Positions 49,163-61,182 of a stretch of DNA of 64,000 nt are shown here, piece after piece. This stretch comes from Clytia hemisphaerica (Eukaryota): the NCBI RefSeq assembly GCF_902728285.1, contig NW_027103772.1, positions 249,149 through 313,148 of the forward strand, given 5' to 3'. The position numbers were made by a program, and so were the translations under genes. Positions within the stretch are counted from its first letter, which is position 1. Each line of letters begins with the position of its first letter. A model generated the notes under the pieces. It saw nothing but the letters and a program-made list of their open reading frames with translations. It made no database searches and was not told the DNA's origin.

Positions 49163-49475
49163 GCTATGACCATTGAGTTTAAAGCCCGAAGGGCTAGAGT
49201 AGAATCTCTAACCTTTCCCAGGCAAGAAAAAATGAACCCACTTATTTCCCATCCAGAACGCGCCCAGTAAGCGCCGTAATCATGACAACGGATTGTATCT
49301 AGCGGTTCCTTTGTTTTTGAGGACTGCGTTTTTTGAAATCTAGCGATAGATTTTACTTTCAATCAGGCGCTTGCAAAAAAAACACTCGCGGGCGTTCTGG
49401 ATGGGAAATAAGAAGAAATGTCCCATCCAGGAGTCTCGAGTCCAGTCCTTCGGGCTTGGAAGTCAATGGCTATGA
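49163..49475. mobile_element. MITE with 'aagcccgaagggctag' TIR motif
   Basis: tatgaccattgagtttaaagcccgaagggctag / inverted ctagccattgacttccaagcccgaagg. Lies in an AGL intron. Confidence 0.5.
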
Positions 49476-49689
49476 TCTAATAAGCCTCAGAAAAAATTAA
49501 AAAAATTAAAAAAAATTTCAGATCAGAACGTGAAATTTTCCGTTTAAAAACTTTTTCACCAACATTGAATAGTTCTACCATTAGGGTAACACTTTCAAAA
49601 AAACTCTGGTCAAAGATTTTTTTTGGCCAGGAGCTAGAAGTATAGTCCAGGGTATATAATCTATCATTGGCTTCAGCACATTCTTATAC

Positions 49690-49898
49690 CATAGATTTAT
49701 AAAGCCCAAAGGGCTAGATGTCGTGCTGTGGCTGAAAACTGTGCCTAGGTCACGTGACATTACAATAGAATTTCAGCGCTTGACCAATAAGAAGCTTCGC
49801 GGGTTTTCGAAAACAATAGCAGCAATATTCTTTGCGATATAAACTTTTTTTTGCTTGGAAGAGCTTAAAGCACGACATCTAACCCTTCGAGCTTTACA
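49690..49898. mobile_element. related MITE (TIR CATAGATTTATAAAGCCCAAAGGGCTAGATGTCGTGCT) ending 7-8 bp from an AGL splice donor
   Basis: Left TIR at 49690-49728. Its inverted partner ends at 49898. The exon 49907-50149 donor GTATAAGA directly abuts the TIR. Confidence 0.55.
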
Positions 49899-49906
49899 GA
49901 AATCTG

Positions 49907-50149
49907 TGTCTTATACCTTGCAGTCCACAATAGACTATATCACCATGTCCTGGAATATTATACACTCCTCCACCGAATCCATCATCACCCTCCTCCTGTG
50001 AGCTTCTATACAATACTTTGTTTAAATCTACTAAAGAGAGCTTGCTCACAATTTCTTTAACATCCGTGATGGAGTTTTTTCCTTCTCCACCATCAATGAG
50101 GAGTTTTGAGTTAGAGTCCTGGAAATCAGGGAGTGTGTTGATGGTAGCT
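49907..50149 (-). CDS. AGL: AGL exon (RATINTLPDFQDSNSKLLIDGGEGKNSITDVKEIVSKLSLVDLNKVLYRSSQEEGDDGFGGGVYNIPGHGDIVYCGLQ)
   Basis: Acceptor ttttcacag and donor gtataag. Aligns to human ..[44 protein letters not shown]. Confidence 0.75.
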
Positions 50150-50204
50150 CTGTGAAAATAAAAAAAGATGAATCGAAATAAGCTTGAGTTTATCGACCCT
50201 GTGA

Positions 50205-51605
50205 TATTAATATTGGAAGTTTATCGTGGCTTGGACCACGAGATTTACGTTTGGGTATGTTTCGAGAGATTCTTCCCCCATTATCGGAAAATGTGGAGGA
50301 TATTCGAGAGATACATGTTTTTTTTGTTTTTTTAAGAAACACACTTTTAAGAAACACGAGGCTCAGAATGCCAAAAAATTAAGAAACATCTAAGAAAGAT
50401 GCTGAGGCTGAGAATGAGAAAATAACACTTTTTTATTCTGTTTTTTAAGAACCTTCCAATCAAGGCAAAGTTCCAGAAAAATCTGGAAAAATACTTACAT
50501 AACAGTTAGAAACACTTGAGAAAGTCAGAAAATCAATATAGAAGATAGGAAAGTACCGTAGATTAGTCTATAGACTAATGTATTATCGACATGCGTCCTT
50601 TAAGCTTGACAAAGTTTAGAAACATGTAAGAAACATTTAAGGATCAAAAGGCCGATTTCTTAAGAAACATTGAGGCTGCTTGGTAAAACTAGTTTCTTAA
50701 AAAACAAACGTGCAATTTACCTTACACATATGGTACCCCATGTTACTGCACCCAGGGGGGGGGGTCAGTGTACTAGAAAGCGGCATGTATGTGTACTACA
50801 AGGTATTTTTCAAAACTTGACACCCACCCACCCCTGAAGTACACCATACTACATGGAAAAGTCCCAAAACCACCCCATTCCCCCCATTTACTACCGGGCA
50901 CTACCTAGAAAAATCCGGGAAATAAAGAAACTCTTTTCCGAAAATCGGAAAATCGGGTAAACACTTTTCCGAAAATCGGGAAATCGGGAAAACTTTTTTT
51001 CGGAAAATCAGGGAATCGGGAAATCGGGAAAACTTTTTTCCAAAAATCGGAAAAACAGGAAAATTGTTCTCAAAAATCCAAAATGCGTGAGAAATCAAAC
51101 TTTTCAAAAATTAAGCGATACCATGTGGAAATGCACGAGTCTCACACCCAATGCGTGAGAGTTGGCACCAATGTTGAATGTTTGAATTCAAATGTTCGAA
51201 TGTTTACATTGACTCGATAAACCTTCATTTCAGTGGGATCTAGTAGTAGAATTTTTGTTTCCACACTTTTAACATCGATTTTGGACCCAACACCCCTATT
51301 TTGGTACACAGGTAGTAAAAATCAAATTCGATTTTGGACCCAACACCCCAATTATAGTACACAGGTAGTACATGACAAATTTTTTTCTCAAACACCCACC
51401 CACCCCAGGATACATGCCACCTTCTGGTACACTGACCCCCTGCTGCACCTTGTAAGGAAATAATACTTGATAATTGGGTAATCAGAAGGTCTTAGTACAA
51501 ATAGTTTAGAAAACATCCTCCTTGCCCGATGATGGGGGAAGAATCTCTCGAAACGTACCAAACGTAAAGCTCGTGGTCCAAGCCACGATAGACTTCCAAT
51601 ATAAG
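50205..51605. mobile_element. TIR element (~100-bp TIRs) containing a nested poly-G-TIR MITE (approx 50735-51460) and 'gaaaatcgggaaatcggg' tandem repeats
   Basis: 50205-50310 is the reverse complement of 51500-51605. Inner pair cacccaggggggggggtcagtgtac / gtacactgaccccctgctgcacc. Lies in an AGL intron. Confidence 0.6.
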
Positions 51606-51933
51606 AAAAGATGACATGGATTTAAGCTTAATTCAATTATATGAATAGTCTATCTAAAAGTGATAATCGCCCGGCCCAATGTCCAGATGTCTCAAGACCG
51701 TAGTCACTTGCATTTTTTGAACAAAGCTCTTGAAGGGGGTACCGAAATATATATTTTTAGACCCCCTTATCGAAAGATCGGCAATTGAAAACCCAAAGAT
51801 GGCGCCCCTCATCACTTCAAATACTCAAAATTCTGCTGGCTGGTTCACCTTGAGGTGTGGATTCGAATAAGGAGTTTCTGATAAGTGGCCTTGGCACAAA
51901 TACTAGGTCATTTGTTTAGAATCTTAAAAATAC

Positions 51934-52043
51934 CTGAGACAGTTGATAGAATCACGGGCGGACAACTTTCCGGATACTTTGAAAATAACAACGGAACCAG
52001 GGAAGAAATTGCGGAACAGTATTTCACTTCCACGATCGGTCTT
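51934..52043 (-). CDS. AGL: AGL exon (KTDRGSEILFRNFFPGSVVIFKVSGKLSARDSINCL)
   Basis: Acceptor cacttcag and donor gtattt. Aligns to human [43 protein letters not shown]. The reading frame differs from the listed ORF 51908-52177. Confidence 0.75.
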
Positions 52044-52574
52044 CTGAAGTGTACATAACTAAAAAAAGCATTGATAATTACAATACACAGGTGTATTTCT
52101 GATTGGTTCGAATTTATTAATAATAATAATATTATTAAATTTGAGTTGTAAACCAAGTAACATGGGAATGAATTCACGTGAACTTTTTCGAGTAATCACA
52201 TGTTTCGACTGCACTGCTATAATTTTGCAACCCGTGTAATAGTAACTCTGAAAGCACCAAAAGAACTGGGTGGAAAATGAAACCGATTATTTCTTATCGA
52301 AAATTCTTAAGACTTTACTTTCTTTTAACTGGAAAAGATTGTCGAACTAGAGGAGAAGTTTAAAAATAGCTATAAGCTTCAGAAAAAGTTGTAGGTTGCA
52401 CACCCAGTAGCGTGCCGGGTCGATCAAAACTCGGGCAAACTGGGGAGGATTTATGCCCTTTTAAATAAAGTGGTCAGGAGTTATAGTCTTAAGTCTAGGA
52501 GTCGGTATTTTGGCAAATTAAAATCGTGTATACACGGTATGCCGAGTTTGAAGGGTTACTGTAAGAGTACTTAC

Positions 52575-52717
52575 GTTAGATGAATTCAATTGAATATTTT
52601 TCTGTGAATAAACAACAACATTTTCGTTTCCATTGATAAAGTCTTTGTGTCTGACAAATTCTTTGATAGTCTCCTTCTCCAAGATTTGTCCTTCGAATAA
52701 AATCTCTTCAAGATGCC
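52575..52717 (-). CDS. AGL: AGL exon (GHLEEILFEGQILEKETIKEFVRHKDFINGNENVVVYSQKNIQLNSSN)
   Basis: Acceptor cacggccag and donor gtaagt. Aligns to human [46 protein letters not shown]. Confidence 0.7.
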
Positions 52718-52903
52718 CTGGCCGTGGAAAAGATAGAGAAAAAAGCGTTATTTTCATGCTTGATACACATTATATCACTAATATCAGTCTGTTCCTCTAA
52801 AGAATCCTGCATTGTAACACGCATGCGTAATTTGTCGTTCTTTTAACCATATGTAGTTAATTCCTGTCATAAACAAAGAGGGATGAATTCGTAGGGGTGG
52901 ACG

Positions 52904-55900
52904 TAGACTAGCAAACTAGTCTGTTAATTAATCATGTCAGAGGGCGGGAACAAAAAGGCGGCGGGCGTTTGCTAGAATAGGAGCTGCGTAGGAGAGCGAG
53001 CAAAAGTTGGTGAGAGGCTGCTGATTAACAGACTAGAACATTCTGCCACGGCTTCATTTTGGAAGTTGTGAGAACGGAGGAGTGCTTTCCTAAATTTTGG
53101 AGGGAGAAAAGCCGACAGACCACTTTGTTTTGAATTTTGGGTGGTAAAAGGATGAGCCACTTTTCAAGTTTTGAAACTTTTACATCTTAGTTGTTTTTGT
53201 TATTCATACATTCTTAGAAGGTAAGTATTTGCAATTTAGCTTCAGTTTTCTACAATCATCAAAAGTGTACAAGGATTATTCCGTTTTCCCTATGCAGGTT
53301 GGTGGCTTTTTGCTAGCCTCTTTCATTCAAGGTAAGAAATATTTTTTCTATTTTGGCTCCACCTACGACTGCACCTTACTTTTGCTTTTTTATTTTAGTA
53401 CTTACAGACTACTTGTTAAGGAACTTGATTACTCTAGTCTCATTTTAGCTAAGTGAACCCCTCCAACACCCTTTTTTATGAATACAACAGTAGCACTAAC
53501 CAGGTAGGAACTCTGCTCAAAAGTACCCAGCAATATAACCTTTTTGGAAAGATTTTGACATTATTTTTAGAATAATAACATCATAATAATCAATAAATCT
53601 GACACTTTTAATATCTCACGATAACCTAAAACAGGTTTTCAAGCCGTACCAAAAATTTTAGTCAACATAATATGTAGTTGACTAAAGTTTTTGGTAAACG
53701 GTTTGAAAACCATTTTTAGGTTATCGTGAGAGTAAACAGCATTTCCTGGTTAGTTTAAAGAAACTCCAAAGATTCTCCCTCTCATCACTCTCAATGTCAT
53801 TACTGCCAGGCTGCTGTCTGACAGGCCGACCCTCTTCAACAGACTCACTGCTACAAAAAACAACCTGTCCTGACTGTCAGCATGTAGCGTACCAGCCAAG
53901 CACAGGAAAATTACACGTACGCGTAGAAAATTAAATAGATAGACCTTTTGCTAGTTAAGATGTCATGTAATTTGTGAAAAATTGAAATTTGCAGAATTTA
54001 GTGCTGTGATAAGATAGCTCTGATAGAAAATCCAGAATTTATATGGTGACAGAAAAGTTTTTGGGCACAAGTATTCATAATTTTAGAAAAATGCAGTATT
54101 TTTATCGTGAGAAGAGAATTATTGTAAATTCTGACATTTTTCTATAGATTGTGGCTATGTGCTGAAGAATTCTCGTCACACCAAAAAAACTGAAAAATTA
54201 ACCTTACACTTTAAGATTTATGGCTAATTTTTTTAAGAGTTTTCTTGCCACACTGATCTTACAATCTAATATTATAATTATGTAAATTAAAGTTTTCACC
54301 GTAATATAAATTCTGACAAATTTTCATCTACATACAACTATAATTTTTGGGGAAATCCCACTTGTTCGACAGTTATTAGTTCGACACCCATTTGCTCGAC
54401 AACCACTTGTTCGACACTCTTTTCTCAAACAACTGGTCTGTCGAACAACTATATAGATTGTCGAACAAGTGGATTGTCAATCAACTGGGTTGTCGATCAT
54501 TTTGGCACCCATTTGTTCCACAACCCACTTGTTCGACATCCAATTTGACAAGAATTTGTTGAACAAGTGAGCTGTGGAAAAAATGGGTTGTTGAACATGT
54601 GACATATATATCACCCATTTTTCTGTAAATTGTAAGTATCTGTGTACTATAATGTATATAATTAACTTCACACTTGAAGATTTATGGCTAAATTTTCTTG
54701 CCACACTAATCTGGCAATTCAAAAATATGTAAATGTTTTAAGTGATAGTACTACAGTACATTTGAGAAATTTTTGTTGCCAAACTTAGGAGAATAATTAA
54801 TTTTCTCCATAAATTCTGCGAAATCTCCCTCTACGTAGGTATAAGTTTTGGAAACATTACTAGAATTGAGTAAAACATAAGCTTTGTGAAAAAATTTAAT
54901 CATTTTTAAATGTTGTACAGTTGTAAGAAGACTTTAAATATTTCATTATTTGAAAGAAAATGTTTTTTGGAGAAATTTAATTGTCAGTGCTGCTTTATTT
55001 CTACTCAAAACTGTGTAATTTTATCATAGGGATAGATACGGTACGTATTCAACTCAAAACAAAGGGTTAACCAGGTAGATATTCACAAAAGTTTATTGCA
55101 CTTCCAATACGTACGACATGGTGTCAGTGTCGTGTAGTAGTCTCTGGTAGTCCAACAACCATATATTTTTGATAAAGAACCCTTGACTTGTGAGTCCTGG
55201 AAAATTAAAAAGTCTTATGTTTGAATGTCAGTAAATAATTCAATAATTGTTAGGGTATTGTACCTGGGTTATCCCTTTGATTACTACATGTAAACCTAGG
55301 AAAAAGAAAGCTGAAATGAAAAAAAAACTCACAGTCCATAGTGTTTGCAATCTGAATACTCCATTCCTAAAATTGAATGAGTTATGAATAGGAAAAGATA
55401 ACAAGTCAACAAGTTCTGATAACTGATGTTACAAGGACAAGATTTTCCATCTTCTCTTACCTCTCAAATCAAAACAAAAAAACAACTAAAAATAAGCCAA
55501 AGAATTTTGCATGAACCAGAGAACCATGAAGAAAAGCCACATATACACAAAGAAGAGACTCATCAAACAAGAAACAAAACATCTTTTCAAATAAAGATTT
55601 CCACTAGAAGTCAGCCATTTTTCTTCCGATCACTCACTCCTCAAAAATCAAAACAACACGATCTGCGACTTTAACGGAAGTTTTCATTTCTCATTTCACG
55701 AATTTCTCAAAGTTCATTCATTTCTACAACGCCGAAATCTGGCGTTGTAAGATTGGGGCTTCAGCTTAGCCGTTTTTTCCTTCCTGGGGTTTCGCTCCAG
55801 TCGGGCTTTCAGCCCTTGCCGCCGACAAAATTTCTTCCTACGCTTACCTAACTCCTACGCTCACTTTTCCCGCGTGATACCGTACCAGCCCGACTGGCGT

Positions 55901-55909
55901 GCCAGTCTA
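52904..55909 (-). mobile_element. same ~3.0-kb TIR DNA transposon, copy B, inverted relative to copy A, with 9-bp TSD CGTCCACCC
   Basis: The reverse complement of 52904-55909 is collinear with 21238-24256 at roughly 95% identity by eye. GGGTGGACG occurs at 52895-52903 and 55910-55918. Lies in an AGL intron. Confidence 0.75.
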
Positions 55910-57863
55910 GGGTGGACGGTGGAATTTGTCATTCTTTTTGTCTATTCTTTTTTTCTAACCGGGTCGGGGTTGTGGGCGTTGAAATTTTGTCGTTTTTTTA
56001 TGAAATTTTTCGTTCTTTTTGTCTATTTTTATTAGATGTAGGATTCTTTATATAAACCCCCTCTGTAGTTAGTTTACCTGTCTATATATGGGACCAATTC
56101 AAAAAACACCCTTCTTGAAGATTTTTACAAAAGCATTGCGGAAATCGTTTTCGAAGTGTTGTTGTCAAGATACTTATCAAAATTGATAACGGTCTCTTTG
56201 TAAAACATACTAAACTAGCCGTCCCGGCGTCGTCCGAGACGACTTCTTACCCCTTTTAATACGCTCGCTTCGCTCGCTTTTCTATTTTTCAGAAACTTGT
56301 AGGGATTTGTATACAAATGTACTTATTTTGTGAGAAGAAATGTTCTTAAATTTAGGCCTTTTTCATAAAAATTGATGTTTAAAATTTTTAAGGGGACACT
56401 AAAATTAATGCACATTAAAAAATATGGTGAAAGTATTTTTAGTTGAATTTTGATTTTTCTTCTCCTTATTAAATTGTATAAATTTGTCATAATTTCTTTT
56501 GTTGAAAACCTTCAAACAATAATGTTCTTGACTCGCTAAAAATAATGCTCATGCAAATATTGGTGAAAATTGAGTTAAAAATTTCTCGCGAGAAATCGGT
56601 CATACTTTAAACGTGCTTTTTTTGGGGTTTTTGGGAGAGGAAAGACTATTATTTTCCTCACGCAAGGATGAAGATAAAAAACAAATAGAAATTCAAATTC
56701 AGTATTAGAGGTACTTGGCAACACCGATCACTCCAAAGACCACAGTGCTTTACGGTGGAATATAAAGAGTGCCTTTTTTCAATACCTCTTAACAGAGTCA
56801 ACAATTATTTAACAATTAAACTCAATGCGTAAGTAAAAGCGTTTTCATTTTGCTATCTCAATAGAACAAAAAATAGCAAACATTGATTAAAATTTCATAA
56901 TTGAATTGGGAATAAGTCATCAACTTTTCTCATATTGTCAAGTCCATTAAATTGAAATGTTTTTATCAGAGTATCAAATAGAAGGGAAATGTCATCGGAG
57001 CTTTATTAATCTCAAGGGTAATCATAAATATGATGTCTTTTTGAAAACTCAAATTTTATCTTCGACGTATTCCCATGTGAATCAAAATTATTTCATAACC
57101 GACATAAACTTTTTTTTAAAAAACTATAAATTATGCTGATAGTGCTATTGCACAGTCAGTTGTGTTTCTCCATCAAGGAGAAATGTGCTCTCTTGAATGG
57201 AAGTGCACTTGGCGAATAGAATTGAATATACAATCAAAAAGGCGCGAAAAAAATTGCCGTGTATTTAAAAATCGCTAGCGAAAAAGCCTCATGCGAGAAT
57301 GGGAGAGTTCCGACTTAAGCGTATTATAATATAGATGTGTAAAAGTCGTTTGAAGATATTATTAACGAGACCCCAATAATTTGATGTTAAATCTGGAGAA
57401 GATTTTGTTTCCAGTTTATGGACTGTACTGTACGAAAGACAAGTTTCAAATGCTATAAACTCGAGTCCAATCGTCTTTCGTGTAACTTTTAGAGCAAAAA
57501 GCTTAACAGTTATATCAAAATCCTTGTGCAATCATTGCTGAGTCCATATAAACATATAACGGGAAATATTATTTGTTTCTTAACCTGTCCCTAGGAATGG
57601 GGATTAACTTTCTCGAGAAAATCGGCTGCTCCGACGATTAATAAAAAGTTCCAGACTCAAAAATTTGTTTCAGTGAAAATTGAAAATCGGGCTTGCCACA
57701 TTTTGGCCATTGCAATATTGCACATTTTTTCAAAATAATCAGAAAAAAACTAAATGAGCCAATTCCGAGAAAAGCTGTTAGTTCGGTTTGTTTGTTAGGC
57801 GGATTAACAAACGAACAAACGAACGAACGAACGTTCGAATGCAAAAACATAAAAAAAATTCAC

Positions 57864-58035
57864 CTTCTATTTTAAGTGGTGGGAAATCACCATGCATTTT
57901 CCGCCCAATTTTTGGATATTGATCTTCAGCTGGTCGTGAGAAACAACAATGTCCGACAATAATTATACTTTGGTGATTTCGCGGACAGTGTCGAGTTACT
58001 GCTACCACGTCTTTCGTCATTTGGTCAACGAAAAT
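57864..58035 (-). CDS. AGL: AGL exon (IFVDQMTKDVVAVTRHCPRNHQSIIIVGHCCFSRPAEDQYPKIGRKMHGDFPPLKIE)
   Basis: Acceptor ctgttcag and donor gtgaat. Aligns to human [57 protein letters not shown]. Confidence 0.8.
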
Positions 58036-58366
58036 CTGAACAGAAAGTTGGTAAGAAACTCGATAAAAGTGCTTCTAAGAGCTCACACACCAAAGGATTC
58101 GTGTTTTAGTACATGATTTTTTTTCTACGTCACTGCAATAATCAAATTTTTATGTTTGGATACTTTTTTACGAATTGAAATTAAAGTTTTAAAATATAAT
58201 AACAATAAGTTTAAATCAGAATTTTAGTAAACTCTTATAATTTAGACTTTTTACGACCTGGGTTTCCATAATCAGGATAAAATTTCCGTTCCAACGGTAT
58301 ATAACAACCCCATTCTTCTCGTGGGTTAAGCAAAAACGCTTCTAACTCGAGATATTTAATTCTGCT

Positions 58367-58635
58367 CAGGGGGGGGAGGTATGCAGGTGGTACTAGACAT
58401 CATGATGACTAAGTGCAAAATTGAAAATTTGAGAGTACACCCACGACCCTTAACAGTTAGTACCCAAAAGTACTGAGTCCATTTGACTGCTGGTAGGTTG
58501 ACACCACCCCCACTCGCACTACTAAGTGCATTTGAGTAACACAAGGTACTAACTGTAAATTCCAAAAATCAAATATGACCCGCCACGATAACAACCGTCA
58601 TGATGTCTGGGTTCAACTGCATGACCCCCCCCCTG
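58367..58635. mobile_element. MITE with CAGGGGGGGG...CCCCCCCCCTG termini (same terminal type as 7088-8289)
   Basis: TIRs caggggggggaggtatgcaggtggtactagacatcatgatgac / gtcatgatgtct...gaccccccccctg. Lies in an AGL intron. Confidence 0.6.
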
Positions 58636-58662
58636 TTCTGATCCCCGACTAATTATAATTAC

Positions 58663-58809
58663 CTCCTCAAAACCATTTGCTTTCATGTCAGTGTGGATGG
58701 CATTTAATGTTTGTCTGGCGTTGATGAGACCTTCACCAAGGAATATGGAACCATCACTCTTTTGGTCACACCATGTCTGGTATAAACGATTCTCTTCAAC
58801 AACATGTAT
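58663..58809 (-). CDS. AGL: AGL exon (IHVVEENRLYQTWCDQKSDGSIFLGEGLINARQTLNAIHTDMKANGFEE)
   Basis: Acceptor ccttttttag and donor gtaatt. Aligns to human [50 protein letters not shown]. Confidence 0.8.
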
Positions 58810-58861
58810 CTAAAAAAGGTAGAAAAAGACGGATTTGATCATAAAGAAATAATAGGAACTT

Positions 58862-59379
58862 GTGTGGAAATGTTCAGAAAAAAACAATGTGAAGTTTCGA
58901 AGAATTTGTGATAACGCAAAGACCAAACCGAAAATCTTCTGGTCACATGTGCAAAACAAGATGAAATTTTCTAGTACAGTTTCATCATTACTTGAATCAC
59001 CAAATGTCAAAACATCGTTAAAGCATGAAGATCACGAAAAAGACTATCCTTCAACGGCAGTTCTGCAGTGTATTCGCAAAAGAAGCAGTAGGTAAGCTTC
59101 CTAAAGTTGAAAATACAACTGATTTATCCATCGGTGATGGTACAGAATCAATTGAAAGAGCTCAACCATAATAAGTCATTCGGTCCAGACGAAATACACC
59201 CTAGGATACTAGCGGAAGTCTCTACCCTTGGCTGTAATTATGAACAAATCCTAAGTTGAAGGCTCATTACCACAAGATTGGAAGGTGGCACATGTCACAC
59301 CTATCTACAAAAACAAGGGACCTCAGAATTTGGCAGTCAATTATCGACCTGTTAGTTTGACATCTGCAAATGTTACGTT

Positions 59380-59410
<31 letters not shown>
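58862..59410 (+). mobile_element. 5'-truncated, decayed non-LTR retrotransposon (LINE) reverse-transcriptase fragment with (AAT)n tail
   Basis: Frame-broken translation ..KSFGPDEIHPRILAEV.. and ..LEGGTCHTYLQKQGTSEFGSQLSTC resembles the conserved LINE RT N-terminal motifs (PDxIHPRxLKE ; DWK.A.VTPI.KKG......NYRPVSLTS). Ends in aataataataataataataataaaaaaaa. Lies in an AGL intron. Confidence 0.6.
59383..59409. repeat. (AAT)n microsatellite with A-rich tail (LINE 3' end)
   Basis: ataataataataataataataataaaaaaaa. Confidence 0.9.
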
Positions 59411-59413
<3 letters not shown>

Positions 59414-59630
59414 GTTTCAGCCAAGTTACAAAGAAGGGAAAACCGGAGTAAGTCATCTCCGGCTGAGAAATGCGCGCTAACTCCAACATCATATTTCGGA
59501 ATACCATGGGTTTTTCACAGATATCATATATAAAACACTAGATTGGACCTCTCCGTCTTTTCTCTTGGGTGCCTAATAAACGGGGGAGGGGGGTTAGAAA
59601 ACTTTCCAAATTTCTGATCTAATCACTTAC

Positions 59631-59732
59631 ATAGTGAGGTACGAGGTCATCATAACCACGAGTGCTCCCTGTTGCGAAACTACCAGCAGCTACCAATGCA
59701 CAACTTGGCAAGAAGTCGAATATCGAACGTTT
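59631..59732 (-). CDS. AGL: AGL exon (KRSIFDFLPSCALVAAGSFATGSTRGYDDLVPHY)
   Basis: Acceptor cttcttttag and donor gtaagt. Aligns to human [34 protein letters not shown]. Confidence 0.85.
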
Positions 59733-60381
59733 CTAAAAGAAGAAAACAAAGTGATTTGTACGGTTTTCTCCCATTAATTCAAACTCCAATGGGGAAATCT
59801 TGTTTGTTTGAATTACCAAATTTGAATTGTAGAAAGCATTTTAAAAGGGCTTCAATTATCAACTTATAGAAAGATCTTAATAACAGAACTTCGAACTAGC
59901 AAGTATCCATTGTATATATTTTAGGAATACTCAGTAACGGTAACCTTTCCGATAATCGAACCCTTCAGCTGAATTTGATTAAAAGAAGAGGCGAAATCAT
60001 CTAGATGTCAAAGGACCTGAATAATCGTTGCGACGACTATAGGGATATAGGACCAATAACATCATTCGTTTAAAAAAAATGGCTTAAGTTCAACAGGTCT
60101 TCGGCCGCTAAATCGTAAAAATATGTAAAATTAGGTCTGCGTCCACTGACGGAAAAATAATTGGCGGTACGGCACTTAAGGCCCTTGTATTTGCACAAAA
60201 CGCAGGGAAGCTGACCATTTTTGATTTGAAAATGTTTAATAAAATGCACCAAAAGGATAAATTTTCTCAAATTTGTTTAAATTTGCATTTTAAGGGTCCA
60301 GTTTTGAGACCCTAAATTCTGTCTTGCACCATACGGTAATTTTGAGATCTAGTACAAGAGTGAAAACGCTACAGTATATAC

Positions 60382-60545
60382 CTTCATCAAGGACTCGTTA
60401 TCGTGTGTAATGTCCATAAACAAGGCTGGAGCAACTGAGGGTTTCAATGGGCGTTTGTTTGGTAACATGAAAGAACCAGTGGGCGGACCACCATAACGGT
60501 GAATGTGACGCCCTAAATCATGGGGTGAGAATGCACCCATGTTTT
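60382..60545 (-). CDS. AGL: AGL exon ([55 protein letters not shown])
   Basis: Acceptor ttttttag and donor gtatat. Aligns to human [43 protein letters not shown]. Confidence 0.85.
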
Positions 60546-61058
60546 CTAAAAAATAATTTCAAATATTTAAAAAACGTAATTTAAAATATTTCAAAATGAT
60601 AAAAATTCTCATTGAGTATGACGCATAATAAAATGTAGGCTGGCAGTAGTATAAGTATGGATCTTAAATTTCAGGGATAATCGACTCCCCCTCCAATATA
60701 CTTCCCTACTTTGATGAAACATGAAGCTGCTTGAAGGGTCAAACCGCTTTAAAAGAACAATTAGAACAAGATTTTTCAACACGAACTTTGAACACTATAT
60801 AATTAGGCTTTTCCAGAAATAGTCCTTGATCCCTGTTGAGGATATCGGTCATCCAGGGGGTTCAATGCTATTTGGATATACAGGGGGTAGGAGAGAATAG
60901 CCAGGGGGTGCAACACAAAGTGTAAAGATATCCTCAAATCTCCTATCCACTTGGACGCATGGGGTGATTTTTCAGGTCGCATATCCAGGGTTTTTTTATT
61001 TTTAAGCCAGAAATTCAGAGGGCAGTGGAACACGAAAAATGATGGAAAAGCCTAATAC

Positions 61059-61182
61059 CTCTGATCATGGAGTTGATGCCAAGTCGATTGACAAAGATGT
61101 TATCCGTTTTCTCGTCACCAGTAAACAGCTCAGCAATCACGAAGAGGTCTGGACGAACTTTGCGGGCACAATCCAACAGGTA
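61059..61182 (-). CDS. AGL: AGL exon ([41 protein letters not shown])
   Basis: Acceptor ttatag and donor gtatta. Aligns to human [41 protein letters not shown]. Confidence 0.85.

Noticed and set aside
52972-53160. ORFs 24037-24228(+) and 52972-53160(-), 62-63 aa
   Set aside because: They are the same low-complexity sequence present in both transposon copies, with no homology or splice support. Spurious ORFs within the repeat.
55920-57700. Unannotated AT-rich stretch in the AGL intron
   Set aside because: No ORF, homology or clear repeat structure was recognised. Left uncalled.
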